Shown: in pieces, positions 49,101 through 62,825 of the stretch | Layout: the number at the start of each line of letters is the position of its first letter | How positions within the stretch are numbered: position 1 is the stretch's first letter | Origin: Gnetum montanum | Taxonomy: Eukaryota; Plantae; Gnetophyta | Direction: 5' to 3' | Length of the DNA: 64,000 nt | Assembly: GCA_015680685.1 (NCBI GenBank) | Contig: MNCI01002011.1 | Location: 694,470-758,469, forward strand | Made by a program: the position numbers and the translations under genes | The notes under the pieces: model-generated | Database searches by the model: none | Told to the model about the DNA's origin: nothing | Seen by the model: only the letters and a program-made list of their open reading frames with translations

Positions 49101-52100
49101 GGTTCCATGCATAGAGTGCTAATATTAGAGTCAGTGGTTAGCCATTGGGTGCCTTCTTGATTCATGGCTGCTACGTATAGACATTGTTGAACTTTGATTC
49201 TTCAGTACACTGACTGCATGCTAGAATAGATGTCCACTTAGCTGACAAAAGTTATTGCACACAGTTGCATTCAGAGTCACTGTATGCAATGCATGGGACA
49301 CTCTTCTTCTCAATCTTTCCAAAATAATTTTCTTTTGAAATTTGAAGGGAAAGATATTGGAGTCCCAATTGTGCATCCAGCATGCTGAGCTAGGCTCTCC
49401 CCATTATGATTGGGAAACTCTCCTTACAATTATCAACCCAGATGACTAGGAAGTCAATAGGATAGGACCACCCACTAATGATGGTCATGATATCTTCTAC
49501 CAATCCCAAGGGAATAGTTATGTATTGGTCTACCAACTTGAGCCAACTGTTTCTTTTCTTCATTGGAGGTAGGTTCCAAGTCTTGTACATATCGTGTGAA
49601 ATAAAACTAACAACTGATCCCAAATCCAAGAGAGCTTTGCATGGCTCATTTCTTGCCACTTGAAAGTATATGAGGGGACTCCCTAGATTAGTCAATTTCT
49701 GAGGAATATGACCTACCTTTATCTAGTCCATCATAACATGTGTTAGCATGATGGTTTGTGCTTTGAAGGGTGTTTGGCTTGAAGGTTACTTAATGGGTTG
49801 AATGATGGAGGCGATTAGAGGTTCAAAGGCATTGGCCATAGGTGAATGTGAAGGTACATTTGGGATATTGGGCTAGAAGAAAGGGTGTTTTCATGATTTT
49901 GATTTTGGTCCACTCAACTGAGAAGCCAGTTTTAAGTTAACAACCCTCGTTGCTATGGCTATGGTGATATCTCTCCCTACATAGGTGGAGTAGGAGGTAA
50001 CTGAGTGGAGGGCTGATGAGTAGGTATGGTAGGAGAAGGTGACGAAGGATAGTATAGATGTGGGTTCTTCCCCCTAGGTGATGGAGACTATGATTGAAAG
50101 TATTCAATGGGGTAGTATTGATTTTGAAATGGCACATGACTAGAAGAGTCTCATGGGGAGACTTGTTGTTGAACATAGTACCCATAAGGATCTGGCTGTT
50201 GGTAAGGGTATTGCTACCTTGGAGTTGGCTTCCCCTACGATTGTGGATGTTGCCATTACTGGTAATACTCGTAGGGTTGTGGTGGCACTCCACTTGGATA
50301 ATATCCTTGTTACTAGTTGAACTGCCTGGGATTACCTTGTGGATAAGGAAATCTTTAGGGTGTTTTCCTTTTTTCCAAACGAGGATTCAACGCATACACC
50401 CCAAACTCTTGTAAATGTGACACCACTAGGCAACACCCCTTAGGATATTCATACTATATGTCACATCCATCATCCTCCTCTGTGTTAGAGTCTGCAACCC
50501 ATTCTACCGTAGAAACTTTGCCCTTACCTTTATGATAGGCATGTTTGGATTCTCTTCTCCTTTGCCAATCTCAATCATTACTTCACTCTTTGGATTCCAT
50601 TGTGATTTTCAAGACACTTTGGAACCTTTCATCCAAAGAATCCCACATCTTATCAACCTTGGCCAAAATTTTAGAGGTAAATTTTTGTATGAGAAAGGTT
50701 TTTTGGTTTACCGCTACATCCAGTGGTGATTCTTTCTCCTCTTCACAAAATTGGACTTCCTTCTTTCGGATGGAAGGGTCCCAATTATATTCTTCTGCAC
50801 TTTCTTTTTTCCTTAGTTTCCCTTCCTCTTTGGCCACTTGCTCAATGAGGCACTGCAATTGATGGACCCTTAATTCAGATAGTCATCCTTGAGCATAAAT
50901 GCTCAAGGTCTTTCTTTTTTCAAAGCGAAGCCCATCTATGATATGGTGGAGCTATTCCTACTAAGAGTAGCCATGACCAGGGCATTGATGTAACAATGAG
51001 TTATATCTACCCATGGCTACATCCAAGGGTTCATCACCACCATGATTTCATCCTTGAATCTATCATCTCAGATTAGCCACTCTGGAGTAGGTTTGGTATT
51101 TATCATTGAAAATTTCCAGCATCATACTCCATCGTCTGATTGATTCTGGTTCCAAAGACTAGTACTAGCTTTCCACTTCCTTGATTAATGTTCAGGGGAA
51201 TAGCTTGAGTTTTTGCCAATCATTATCTATATTCTATAGGGTGCAAGCATCATGAAATGCTTGCAAGTGAGTTTGTGGATCACAATTATATCCCCCTTCA
51301 AATTTGGGGATATTGTTCATGTCAAGGTGCTTGATCTGACTATCTTTCAAGTGCCTACTAAGTATTTGAACTGCCTCGGCTATGTTAAGCATGCTTTGAG
51401 TAGCCAGAAATGGTTCATTAGAGTCATAGTCTTGTTGATGGTGATGACGTCTATGGTGATTTTGGCTGCCTCTTCTTTCTTGGCTGTGAGACTTGTGTGA
51501 TTGGTCACACTTTTCCTCACATTGTCCCCATTGGTCCTTATGATCCCACTGGTATTTTTGATAACCATCACCCTGATCCTTCCTACTACGATTACGATCG
51601 AAGTCAAAACTTGGTGAAGACAAGGTAGAATGATAAGATGGAGAAGAGGGAGGAGAACTACCACTGCCCTAGTGTTGATCTCCTCCTCTACTCTAATGAT
51701 GACTTTGATCTTCATGTCCATATTTCCCTTTTTCATGATCTTTCTTGTGTGATCCCTCATCATCCTGGGGCTCCCAGTCACTTGATTATTTACTTTGAAT
51801 GATGGACTGAATGATTTGATGCATCAGAGGAGGTTCGGCCAAATGGGAATCATGAAAAATAGGTTCCTCATCATCATGTGGGTTCTACAAGAATAAAGGG
51901 TTACTAAAATGTTTCCCCTTTATGTGTTCATGGCATTCCACCTATTACCAATCCCATGCATGTTATGCCTCATTTGGATGATAGTCTTGGTAGTCATGAT
52001 CCTCCATTATGTATTCCACACCGTGGTCTTATATGCCTAGTCTAGCAAGAGTTTGAAGTAGCATTCCAAGAATCGATTGATCAAGAGGTAATATGATATT

Positions 52101-52245
52101 GCCCTCCATGTCCTGCCCGCAGATGCTCATCTTGATGCAAGATAAAGGTGAAGTTGGGGATATACTCATCTGGATGTGCATATACCACCCAACATTCCTA
52201 TAGCATTGGTGGGTTGGGTTTATCTTTCCTATGAGAAGAAGACAT
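46130..52245 (-). pseudogene. Ty3/Gypsy gag-pol pseudogene (Athila-like)
   Basis: IPKFEGG..DPQTHLQAF (gag), ALLDLGSVVSFI (PR), DSEWVSPLIIVPKK, MPFGLCDAPATFQ and VEVFMDDFS (RT), ENVVADHLS (RH), PFDIWGINFMGP and YHPQAN (INT). Confidence 0.95.
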
Positions 52246-52410
52246 TTTTGATGTTAGATAACAACTAAACTGGTGTGCCTTATCCTTTTACTTAAGCCAC
52301 CTAGCGTGTGTAGATTTCACTATCCTGGGTTTGTTCCAACAAAGTGAATGATAATCTTGCTAAGACTAGATAGAACATGTAAGACTAATAGTCCCTAAAA
52401 ATGGCACCAA

Positions 52411-53305
52411 TGATGAGCAGTGAGGTACCCCTACGCCCAACCATACGAATCATAGGTGTTCATGTGCAACTCAGTTGAATTTTGTAGACTGCAAGCACTT
52501 ACGTGCACTGAATTCTAGCCAGCAAAACCTTAGTTAGAATGGTTGTTGTCTTCCTAATCTCACCTATGATATTCTAAAGTAATGGTTGGGTGAGATTGAG
52601 GTAAATGATTTTTATTAGTTTTCTTTTTATCTTTAAAGGTCTAACTCTTTTAATGTAGGAAATGGAAAGTTATGTAATTTGTAATAGTTCTACTCTATTG
52701 CTTAACTCTCCCTAGCATAAGCAACCAATCCCATCTTCCATGCACATCCTGAGCATATCCTAACCACTACTAGGTTACCATATGTTAAGCATCACTACGT
52801 TACCAAGTGTCTGATATATGTTTGAGATGGTCATGTCTATGGTTCTCATAAAATATGAAAAGGACAATATACATAAAGTGATAATAATAAAGGACTTTGG
52901 AATGCTTAAAACGTCAAAATATTAAAGTGTTTTAATGCTTAAGTAATTAAATCCAAATGCTGCAAGGAATATTCAAAAAGCTCATCTTTATTACCACTTA
53001 CACCAATGGGCTCAGGTACATTAGTGCTCGAATAAAGAGCCGTACACTTTTCTCACACCTGTTGCGGGCACTTGGGAAATATTCTAACTTAAATAAAAAC
53101 AAATTGCAAGGGCTTTGCTACAAGTACCAAAAATATGCCATAAATGTTGTGGATGTGTGCATATTTATAGTGAGAGATAGACTCTACATTAATGGGGTCA
53201 CGTTAATGCATGGATGAATACGTCAATGGGGTCATGTCAATGTGGCCACGTCAATGAGGCTCTATTAACACAACCTAGTTGACGTATCAATTGAACACTT
53301 CATCA
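52411..53305 (-). repeat. 5' LTR of element B (895 bp)
   Basis: TGATGAAG...GCTCATCA on the minus strand; PBS adjacent. Confidence 0.92.
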
Positions 53306-53615
53306 ATTGCCAACACAATGGTGCACTTAGGTATATTAATGCTTAAATAAAGATCTTTTCACACTTAGATCTCCTGTTGCAAGCACTTGGAAAATATTCT
53401 AACTCTCAAATGAACAAACTGCAAGAGTTTCCCTACTTGATTGCCAAAAAATTCCTTCCACATGGACCTGGACACTATATTTATAGACCCGAGAGTAACC
53501 TTGTGATATTGAACGTACAATATTGCATCTTCGGCCATGATATCGCATACTCGATATCATGTACCTGATATCATGGCCATCCCAATATTAGAGCATTGAG
53601 AAGCACAATTTATCA
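53306..53615 (-). repeat. 5' LTR of element A, distal (U3) piece
   Basis: Colinear with ~38060-38371; followed by TSD AGGTT. Confidence 0.9.
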
Positions 53616-53620
53616 AGGTT

Positions 53621-56600
53621 TTTTCTACAAATGCTACAAATCTTGTAATGATTTCTTCTAATGATGTTTCAACAATTAGCCCACCCCTTTCTTTTACTAC
53701 TAGTCAATAGAATTTATCTTCAAGAAAGGTCTTGATGAAATTAGTTTCAAAAATTTCTTCAATGACTAAGAGGAAATAAATATATGCTCTTAAGAATTCA
53801 CAAAATTCTATTGTTGATTCAAATGGTTTTTAATAATAAAAAATGTCAAGGAAGCCTATCTATACATGCAAAATCATTAGAATGGTTAGCATGTTCAAGA
53901 TATTTTAATTCCTAATAATTTGTTTGAAACTATTGGTCAAGATATAGAGATAATTTCTTTTGAAAATGTTGATTTCACTAATAGGGTGGGGGTCTCCTCC
54001 CCCTTCACCCTATGTTAATCTTTTTATAGAATGTCTAAGGTCTTATTAATAGACTTTAGACAAGACTTGTTAGTGCTTTTCTTCACACACAACATTTAGT
54101 TCCTGATTTTATTCTTCATTAAGAGATTAAGATTTCCAATCCAAATATAGTCATGGTAAAGAATAGTATTCTTCATGTTTTTATAGTGTTATTTACTAAT
54201 CATAATATTGGTCAAGGTGGTATAGCTCTCATTATCAATCATTTATGTTCTAAAAACATTATCTCTTATTGTAGAGATAATTATGAAACTTAGGTTATTT
54301 CTCAAGGAGCTTTAGGTCCTTTTGGTATTTGCAATATTTATGCTTCTACTAATTCTATAGATAGAATTGTTCTATGGAAATTTCTTCTCCAAGCTTGCCT
54401 AACATTCCTTGAGTTTTTGGTGGTGATTTTAATATGACTGAAAATTTTTATGATAAAATTGGTTGATTTTCTTCTTAGCTTGTAAGTCATGAGCTTTCTA
54501 TTTGATGTGATGTTAAGAAATAATTTTTTTTATTTGATGCCGCTAGATAAAATGTTCATTGTGATGATTCTTGCTAGATCAAATGTTTGTTCTGATGATT
54601 GGTTTACCTAGTCTAACCTCTCTAAAGGTAATATTTAGATTTTTGAAAGACTTTACAAATTTTATTTTTCTAATTACTCTTCTTAGTTTGATGATGGAAA
54701 GGTTATAATTCACAAAGATGTAATTCTTTTAGGCTATTTTCCAATTTCTCTAATTTTCAAATTTGACATTAAACCTCTAATTTGATGTTATAAGCTTTTT
54801 CATATAAATGCATCTTTATTTCTTACTCCTTCTAGAAAAGGTATTTTAACATCTCTCTAGAATGTAGAAAGGAGACCCCTTGGTAAATTAAGTTAGATTG
54901 ATTGGTAGTTGTGTGCTATATATCGTGTTCATAATTTTGCCCATTATTAGGTAAGCAATATGCTAAGAGATAAAGGGAGACTGAGAAAAACATTTGTGAT
55001 GAAATTCAATAGATGAATACTATTTTACATAAATATCCATTTAATATTAATCTTCAATAACAACTTTCTTATGTTTTCTCAATCAGAAAAAAAAAAAAGG
55101 ATATGCGTAATGCTAAGAGTGGTCTCATTAAGAGGTGTCTCATTTGGTTGAAAGTAGAGAAAGAACCATGCAAATAATTTTTTAAATTATTAAAAGGTAA
55201 AGGTAATTTTCCTATTATTAACTTTATGAAATTTGATAGTCAAATTAATTTTGATTCTCTTATTATCAATGGTTTTCTTAAAAGACATTTTCAACATGTA
55301 TTTGTCTCAGAGCATTTTGATCATGCAGATTTTCTCTCTAATTGTGATCATTTACCTAATATAGTTCATGGCAAGCACAACCATTTTCTTGAATAGGATA
55401 TCTTTCTTATTAAAATTACAGATGAAGTGTTTAGCTTTGTCAATTATAAAGCTCAAGGTTTTGATGGAATTCCCATTGATTTTTTTTAAAAATCATTGGG
55501 ATCTTGTTGGTATGGACCTTTATTGTATTTTTGTTAAAGAAATTGAACAATGCTCTCTTGATCAAGAGCTAAATAGAGGAGTCATTAGACTTATTCCTAA
55601 TAATGGTGACTTTTCTCACATTGGTAATTATTGTACTATTACTCTTATAAATTCTATTTATAAAATTTAGGCTAAATATCTTGCTAAAAAATTGAAATCA
55701 ATTATTCCTTAGTTAATTACTCCAAGGAAAACTAGCTTTGTCAAAGGTAGACATGTTCTAGATAATGTTGTGATAGATTGGGAGGGCATGCAATGGGATA
55801 AGCATTCCCATTAAGTCATTGCTTATTTGAAGCTTGATTATGCTAAAGCATATGAAAGAATTGAATGGTAGTTTATTATTGTTTGTCTTCATAAATATGA
55901 TTTTAATGAAAAATTTAATAGGAAGGTGGAGACTCTTTATGTAGATGCTAATGCACTTGTGGCAACAAATATTAGCATTACTAAGAGCTTCAAGCTTGCC
56001 CTCTTACTCCTTGTATCTTCATTCTTGCTGTAGATTTTTATATCATACTATACAAAAGGACTAGGAACATAATTTGCTACAAGGCATCTTTATTGAAAAC
56101 AATGTTCCTACTTTATAAAATATGCATTTTGCATATGATTTTTTTTATGATAAAAAATGACAAATCTATTGTATATCTTTTTTTATCACATTGATCAATA
56201 TTACAAACTTTTAAGCTCTTATATTAATTAGTCTAAATCTTCTATCTTTTGCAATAAGGGGGTTCAAGAATGGGCTTTGTCTAAATCTTGGAATTTCTTA
56301 GAATAGACAAATTTTTTCAATTTGTTAGGCATTCTCTTTTCCTTTGGTGGATCTTCAAAAACTTTATGGGATGTTATAGTGAAGAAAATTAAACAAAAAT
56401 TTATTAAGTGGAAGGAGAATAAGCTTTTAATGACTAGTAAGTTTATTATTTGTAAGCATATCATTTAAGCTACTCATGTGTATGATTCTTCATGTTGGGA
56501 TTCTAGTATTTTTGCATATTGGTGCATTCATTAGCTTGTAAAAAAATTTCTTTAGAGTAGCAACCATTCTAGAAGAGGATTTTATCATGTTGCATGGGAC

Positions 56601-57656
56601 ATTTACACTTCTCACAAAGAGGGTGGTGGATTGGGATTGATGAATTATTATAATAAGAATTTTTCTTTATGTCCCAAGTGGGTGGTTAAATGCTAATATG
56701 TTAGAAAGGCTTAGAATCTTCTTTTTCTTAAATAAATCATTTTTTCAAAAGGCATTACTATATCAAGTTCTACTTTCATAAAGCATATTTGGAAGGCTTG
56801 AAGTTTATAAGTGATTTTTGGAGCTTTAATATTATTATTACTTCTACCTCTATGCTTGATAAGCTTTCTTCTTGATGACTTCGAATTAATAATGAACCAT
56901 GGGCTCTTAAGTGTTCATGGCTTTGTAGTACATAATGCAAGCTTGACATTTTCTCCCTTTCATCTCTTCACATGCATAATTGTTGGATTACTTGGTCTGA
57001 ATATCAAAGTTTCTATAGCATTATTGTTTCTAAGAAGTTTACATTTTTTGATCTATTGGATAGTTTGGACATAAGTATAGCTATTCAGGATTCTGATAAG
57101 GATTTTATTGATTTTTCTTAGATTAATAACCTTAATGTTTGTACATATTGGCAAAATATTGTGTATATTATTATTAGTTCTAATACTAATATTTGAAAAA
57201 GATTCAATTATCTTTTGAAGGTTAATCATACTGTGCAGTTATGGAACTAGCAAATTTAGAAGATATGGAATGCCACTACAAAAATTTTATATTTTCTATG
57301 GTNCATAGCTCTTGGACTTGGTGTAGTAGGTATTTACATGGTTTTCAACTAGGATTAGACAAAGCTTTATTTGTAAAACTCCTCAACTTCAAGGATTTCT
57401 AGTTTGCCGTGTATTCTTTATGCCATCTGAAAGTTTCAATGTAATGTGGTTTTTCACAGAGATTCTCCAACTAATATCTTTCCTTTGTCAATTTAAGGTG
57501 ACATCATTCAGTAGGTGATACTTTAGTTGAATTCCTAAATATTTCTCTATGTAGTTTACTTTTTTATTAATAGTAAGTATTTATTAGAAAGTGAAAACCC
57601 ATTTGGACACTTTTGAATGAGGGCAAGGTCTAATCCTTTTCCTACCTTAAAAAAAA
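53621..57656 (+). mobile_element. L1-clade LINE, 3' part (decayed ORF2: endonuclease and RT) with A-tail
   Basis: NV*GL (~54030), GGDFNM (~54420), VIRLIPN...IGNYCTITLINSIYKI, KLDYAKAYERIEW, HFAYD (~56128), KEGGGLGL; ends CCTACCTTAAAAAAAA. Confidence 0.9.
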
Positions 57657-57851
57657 TAGCTTTTTCAAGATTAGTTGTAAGGATGAAAACCTAAAAGGGC
57701 ATCCCCAAAACCACTGGGCCTTTCCTATTTGTGGTTTTGGAGCTTCTCCTTTACTTCTCAGTTTTATACTATAAATATAAATTTTAAAATATATTGAAAT
57801 TTTAGGTTTTGACACATCTTCCATAAATCCATTAGATCTAAGATGCACAAT

Positions 57852-58102
57852 GAGCTGTTAGCCTGGTTGTAAGACACTTGATTTGGAAGCTCTAGGTTAT
57901 GTGTTTGATTTTAATGAGAAATTATTAATTATATAAATTTTTAATTAGACTATATATATTGGGGTGTATATGCGTTTTTACTTATTTTGGATTCTAACAT
58001 TCTTCAACAATAAATGAATTCATTTAATAATGAGGTGTTAGCCTAGTAGTAAAACTTTTGATTTGGAAACTCGAAGTCATGGGTTTGATTTTGGTAGGCA
58101 CT
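57852..58102 (+). repeat. Two degenerate tRNA-derived SINE-like heads (57852-57912 and 58032-58102)
   Basis: TAGCCT(G/A)GT(T/A)GTAA A-box-like and G(T/G)GTTTGATT B-box-like motifs with tRNA-like spacing, repeated at 180 bp; no intact cloverleaf. Confidence 0.45.
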
Positions 58103-58221
58103 AATTAGAGTGTATTTAGTAGTTAAAATTTCTATGTGGATTATATATCTTAGATTGTATCTATGTTTAAATTTTTTTAGATTGCAACACCCCATAAATC
58201 CATTAGTTTTTGCATAAAAAG

Positions 58222-60319
58222 TGATGAATAGTAAATAAGTCAACTGCATTAGTGTTGATGTGTCGATGTAGGGTGTGCTACATCAACACATTAGTGTTGT
58301 CATAGTGGTTTGTTTTGAATATATAAATGTTCCACCTACCATGTTTATGACATTTTTTGGATCATAATTATAGTAAATCTCTTACAGTTTAACTTCTTAG
58401 AGTTAGAATACTTAGCAAGTGCCCATAGCATGAACTTAAATTAATTGACAAAATCTTATTCAAGTGATCATGTACCTAAACAAATTTTCATGAATGAAAA
58501 TAAGATTGAAATTGATCTACCCTCATTGGAGCACTCTAGATTAGCTAAATACTTCCTTAATTAAAATTTAATTTCATTATTTGTTTACTTTAATTTCTTA
58601 ATTGTAATTTAATTTCATTGTTCATTTACTTTAGGCACAATTAGTTAACCATTTATAATTATATGCATGATATGTATGGTGGAATAAGTATAACTAGTTT
58701 TGACCATAACACATATAATTTGGTACTTCCAATAATGCTTTTACTTAGTTCACCAAGAAATAATTATTTAGTAATCCAATGGCAATCATCTGGATTTGGA
58801 TTTGTACAGTAGACAAGGAATGAATGCTTATCATTGAGGATAAATTAGATATTAATTCATGTACTTATACTAAATTAGATTAAATTTAAATATTTTTTTA
58901 ATGTGATCCCACAACATCATTCATCAAATGTCTTAGTTATACTTAGACATACAAATTTATGACCATCACAAGTGTAATTGGGAAGATCATGATCTGTGAT
59001 CATGATTAATTATCTAGATACCATGCTAGTCAATCCATAGATTATGATCAAGTCACTTGTGTATGCTCATGATTTATATGGTTAGATGTTGGATATACTA
59101 TGCTACTCATCATTATCACTATTACCAGGGACTAATGCTAGCAATTTAGATAGTTATTATTACTCATGATTGTTGTTAGAAGCCGAATGATTTATTACAT
59201 CACAAATATTAATATTTTATTAAGAGCTTACTTAATGATTTACAATGAATTCTTTTTGTAGAGGTGATTCTCCTTATACCAATGATTATACTAGGGGACA
59301 TGATAGAACATCTAGAAATAAGAATGAAGTACCCTACCAAGTAGAGATAGTATACCAACATTCGATAATCTTACTATCTAGACTTTATCTTCATTTTTCA
59401 TGAAGATGGAAAAATGAGATGGAGGGATCTAGAAGGAAAAATTATGTTGCTGACTTGATCATTTAATCCCATCAATGCTTATGTATGCATTAATGAAAGT
59501 TGGACTAGAGGCAGTTACCATTGACTATAAGGCAATTGATGAAATGTTAAGATCCTACTAGTCTAAAGAAGTCTAACATAGAAAATATAGTTTCATGGAA
59601 GCACACCATGAAGCCATAAAGGAAAAGGAGCTAATATTATATTGATTTCATAGTTAAAAAAGAAGGACATAGATTAGCACTTAGGAAAATCCAACCATCA
59701 GAATTCTCCTTTCTTTAATGTAGATGAAATGAACAACCCATAACTATACTTACCCTTGGCTAGCAGCCAAGGAAGAGTAAGGACTAGACTAAATACTAGG
59801 GGACCTAAAGGCCTAAATCTTCTAGTAGGCCACCTAAGGATAATCAAAGAACTTACAAAAATAGTGCATGTTAGTATGCCTCTTCTAGTTAACCACCATC
59901 ATCATCATTATTATTATCAAGCACTGATGAGAATGAATATTGATAAAGCTAAAGGAGAAATGATAAACATTCTAGTGTATACAATAGCAAGGATCATAAC
60001 TAAGATAGAGATAAGGATGATCAATGAAATAAAGATAGAGATTAGGACAAATGACATAGAAATTATTGAAGGCACAACAAATAACATAGAAGAGGCCATG
60101 GTCATGACAAAGATCATAATGATTGTGATGATTATGATGAACCTCTTTAGACAATAAGAAGCATACTCAATATAAGAAAGGTTATATACATTTCAACCAG
60201 ACACCAAATGGATAGTTAGATCAAATGATTAAATATGAAAAATATTCCTAAATTCAAGGTAGACTAAAATGTATATTTTTAATATTACTTGTAAGCCTTC
60301 CAAAATGTTTACATATTGC
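58222..60319 (+). mobile_element. 5' end of another Athila-like element D (LTR 58222-59112, decayed PBS, gag start), cut by a SIRE-like insertion
   Basis: TGATGAATAG...CTCATCA (891 bp), then TTATCACTATTACCAGGGACTA. 59370-59460 is homologous to the gag N-terminus of A and B; IPKF...L*AF just before 60320. Confidence 0.75.
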
Positions 60320-62825
60320 TATGGACCTTTTGGTGTGTCAAAACGTTAAGAAAAATGGAGTCAAAGGTTGTTTGCATGGTTTTGTAGTTATTGTGTTTTT
60401 AGGAACTACATACATGGAACACCAAGATGAGCTAAAGCCTACATAAAAAGTAAGAAATGAACTAATCTAGAGCTCAAAGGAGAAGGTATTTTACAAGGTT
60501 TCAAACAAACATGAAAGAATGCCAAAGAATGTGGACAAGGACCAGATAATGTACAAGCAAAGTTGTCATCATTAAAGCATGTGGAAGATCAAGGTTGTGG
60601 ACAAGAAATGATCAATTTAGAGAACAAATAAAGTTACAAAGAAAGAAATCTTTGGGAAACAAAAGATGACTTGGTAGAATTGAAGTGAACATAGGCAAAG
60701 ACATCTTCAAGAAACAGAAGACATCTTTCATCAATCAGAGACATCTTCCATCAGGCAAAGACATATTCACAAAATGAGGGCAAGTTTTAGAGAGATAACT
60801 TTCATTAGACAAAGATGTCTCCTAGAATAGAGATTTTAGAAAGACGTCTTTCCTAGACAAAAACATCTTCCTAGAATTAAAGGAAAATACAAAAAGACAT
60901 CTTAGGAATGAAGAAGATGTCTTTCATGACTATTAGTGATTGTTGCCTAGTTGTTGCATGAGTTCCAAAATGGATTTAGAAACATGAAAACTATAAGTAA
61001 ACATCATATGCATTGGGCAATGTCCAACCCATTGTGTAGCCATTGTAAAATCATTTTTTATCATTGTAATCTTTGTTGCTCTTCATTATATCCTCATTTG
61101 TTCATTGTAAAGTGTGTTGGACCTCAAAGTACAAGGATTAGCAAACTAAGTTGCATTCATACATTGTAATTTTTCTCTCTTGTTGTCTTTTGGGATTAAT
61201 GTGCTTCTTGTAAAAAGGCATTTAGCTTGAGCTTGTTGGGATCCTGCAAAATTGAGTTGTCGGTGCTACGACACAACACTTTGGAGTAGAGCTCAAGGTT
61301 GTAAAGGTTGTGGAAGCCTAGAAACGACATTCTAAGCCTAATGGAACCTTGCAAGGTTGAGTGGCTTATATTATGACACAGAACTCCAATGCAGGGCTTG
61401 AAGACTATACAGGGTGTGGATCCTTCAACAACATTTTGAGAGCAACAAAATCCAGAGGTTGCCAGACATCTACCCTCCAAGTGTGGACTATCCAAGTTGG
61501 GGAACCACATTAAATTTAGTGTATATGATTTTTTGTTATAAATTTTTAATTTGTGGAACTTATTTACCATCCCCCTTCTAATTTCAATAATCCACAAGTT
61601 GTATTGGAGCTTGATACTCTTCTTTGTCATCATCAACTTCAAGATTAAACAATGGAGGGAACATCTTACATAAATCCACCCATGTTCGATGGATTCAACT
61701 TCACCTACTAGAAATTAAGAGTGCAAGGATTCTTTAAGTCCATGAAATTTGAAGTATGAGAGTCAATCCTTGAAGGTTATGCTCCACTTGTCGATAGCTC
61801 CACTAGCATCATCAAGCTTCGCAACAAACGGTCTCAAGATGAGAAGGATAAGTTCATGCTTAATTCAAAAGAAATTTTTTTTTATATTGTGCATTGAATA
61901 AATCTGAATTTAATAGAGTACTAGGATGTAAAATGAGTAAAGAAATTTGGCAAACTTTAGATGCTACTGATGAAGGAATATCTATTGTTAAACAATCAAA
62001 ATTATTAGTTTTGCAATGCAAATATGATAAATTGAAAATGAGAAAAGGTGAGAACATAAAATATTATTTCTCTCAAGCTAGTGTTCTTGTCATAGTAATT
62101 AGAGGAACTAGAAAGGATCTACCTGAAAGCAATGTCATCATCAAAATGATCAGAACTCTACAATTGGAGTTTAGATTGAAGGTCACATCCATGGAAAAAA
62201 TCAAAGATTTCTTAACTTTGACATTTGAGGAACTTCATAGTGCTCTCATTACCTATGAAATGAATCTCATAAGCAAAGGAGCTATTCAAGAAAGATTGAT
62301 TGCCTTGAAGACTACCTCAAAGTAGAAGGAGCTCAATGAGCATGATGAGGGTAATGAAGATGAGATTTCCTTTCTCATTAGGAATCTACAATGACTAATC
62401 ACTAGAAGAAATAAAGGAACATATCAGCAAAGATTCAATCATCCAAAATGTAGGGGCAAGAATCTCTTAAATTCTAATATAGATTTCTCTTCTGTAGAAT
62501 GTTGGATGTATGGTGGAAGAGATGACATGGCCTTTGAATAGCCTAGTAGCTTTAGGATCTAATTCAAGAATAAATCCACTAAATAAGTAAAGAAGACCAA
62601 CTCCTATACAAGTTATGATGATGGGGAGCAGAGCAAAGAAGAAGTGAAGGAAGATGTGAAAAATTCTTAGCTCATCTGCATGGCCCTCACTGATGGTGAT
62701 TCATCAGATGATGAACTAAATGATGATGAGAGGTTTTATTTATTGTGTAAAGAACTTTTAGATTTTCAAAATATTTACACTAAGTTAAATAAATAGGTTA
62801 AGTCTAAAGATCATGAGATATCCTT
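60320..62825 (+). mobile_element. Second SIRE-like element: LTR 60320-61596, decayed Met PBS and gag; ends at an N
   Basis: LTR start TATGGACCTTTTGG resembles 19728 and 31345; AGAC(A/G)TCT array; TTGTATTGGAGC at 61599-61610. Confidence 0.85.
61652..62825 (+). pseudogene. SIRE-like gag pseudogene
   Basis: MEGTSYINPPMFDGFNFTY*KLRVQG, EFNRVLGCKMSKEIWQTL, KVTSMEKIKD..LTFEELHSALITYEM (UBN2-type), decayed zinc knuckle. Confidence 0.88.

Larger units (their letters stand above)
40284..53305 (-). mobile_element. Full-length decayed Athila-like Ty3/Gypsy element B with an extra 3' ORF
   Basis: 5' LTR 52411-53305, degenerate Asp-type PBS at 52410-52391, gag-PR-RT-RH-INT, ~2 kb spacer, ORF2, PPT GTGGGGGTA, truncated 3' LTR 40284-40876. 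Confidence 0.95.
37498..53615 (-). mobile_element. Small non-autonomous Athila-like element A (LTR - 1.46 kb internal - LTR); its 5' LTR is split by element B
   Basis: TSD AGGTT (37493-37497 and 53616-53620). 3' LTR 37498-38371, PPT 38372-38380, PBS TTGGCACCGTTGCCAAGGA (39829-39811), 5' LTR pieces 39830-40269 and 53306-53615. Confidence 0.9.

Noticed and set aside
59756-60157. Low-complexity ORFs (also 2924-3130, 45563-46015, 51380-51781) as host genes
   Set aside because: Off-frame or antisense readings of repetitive gag or LTR sequence, with no splice structure or family motif.
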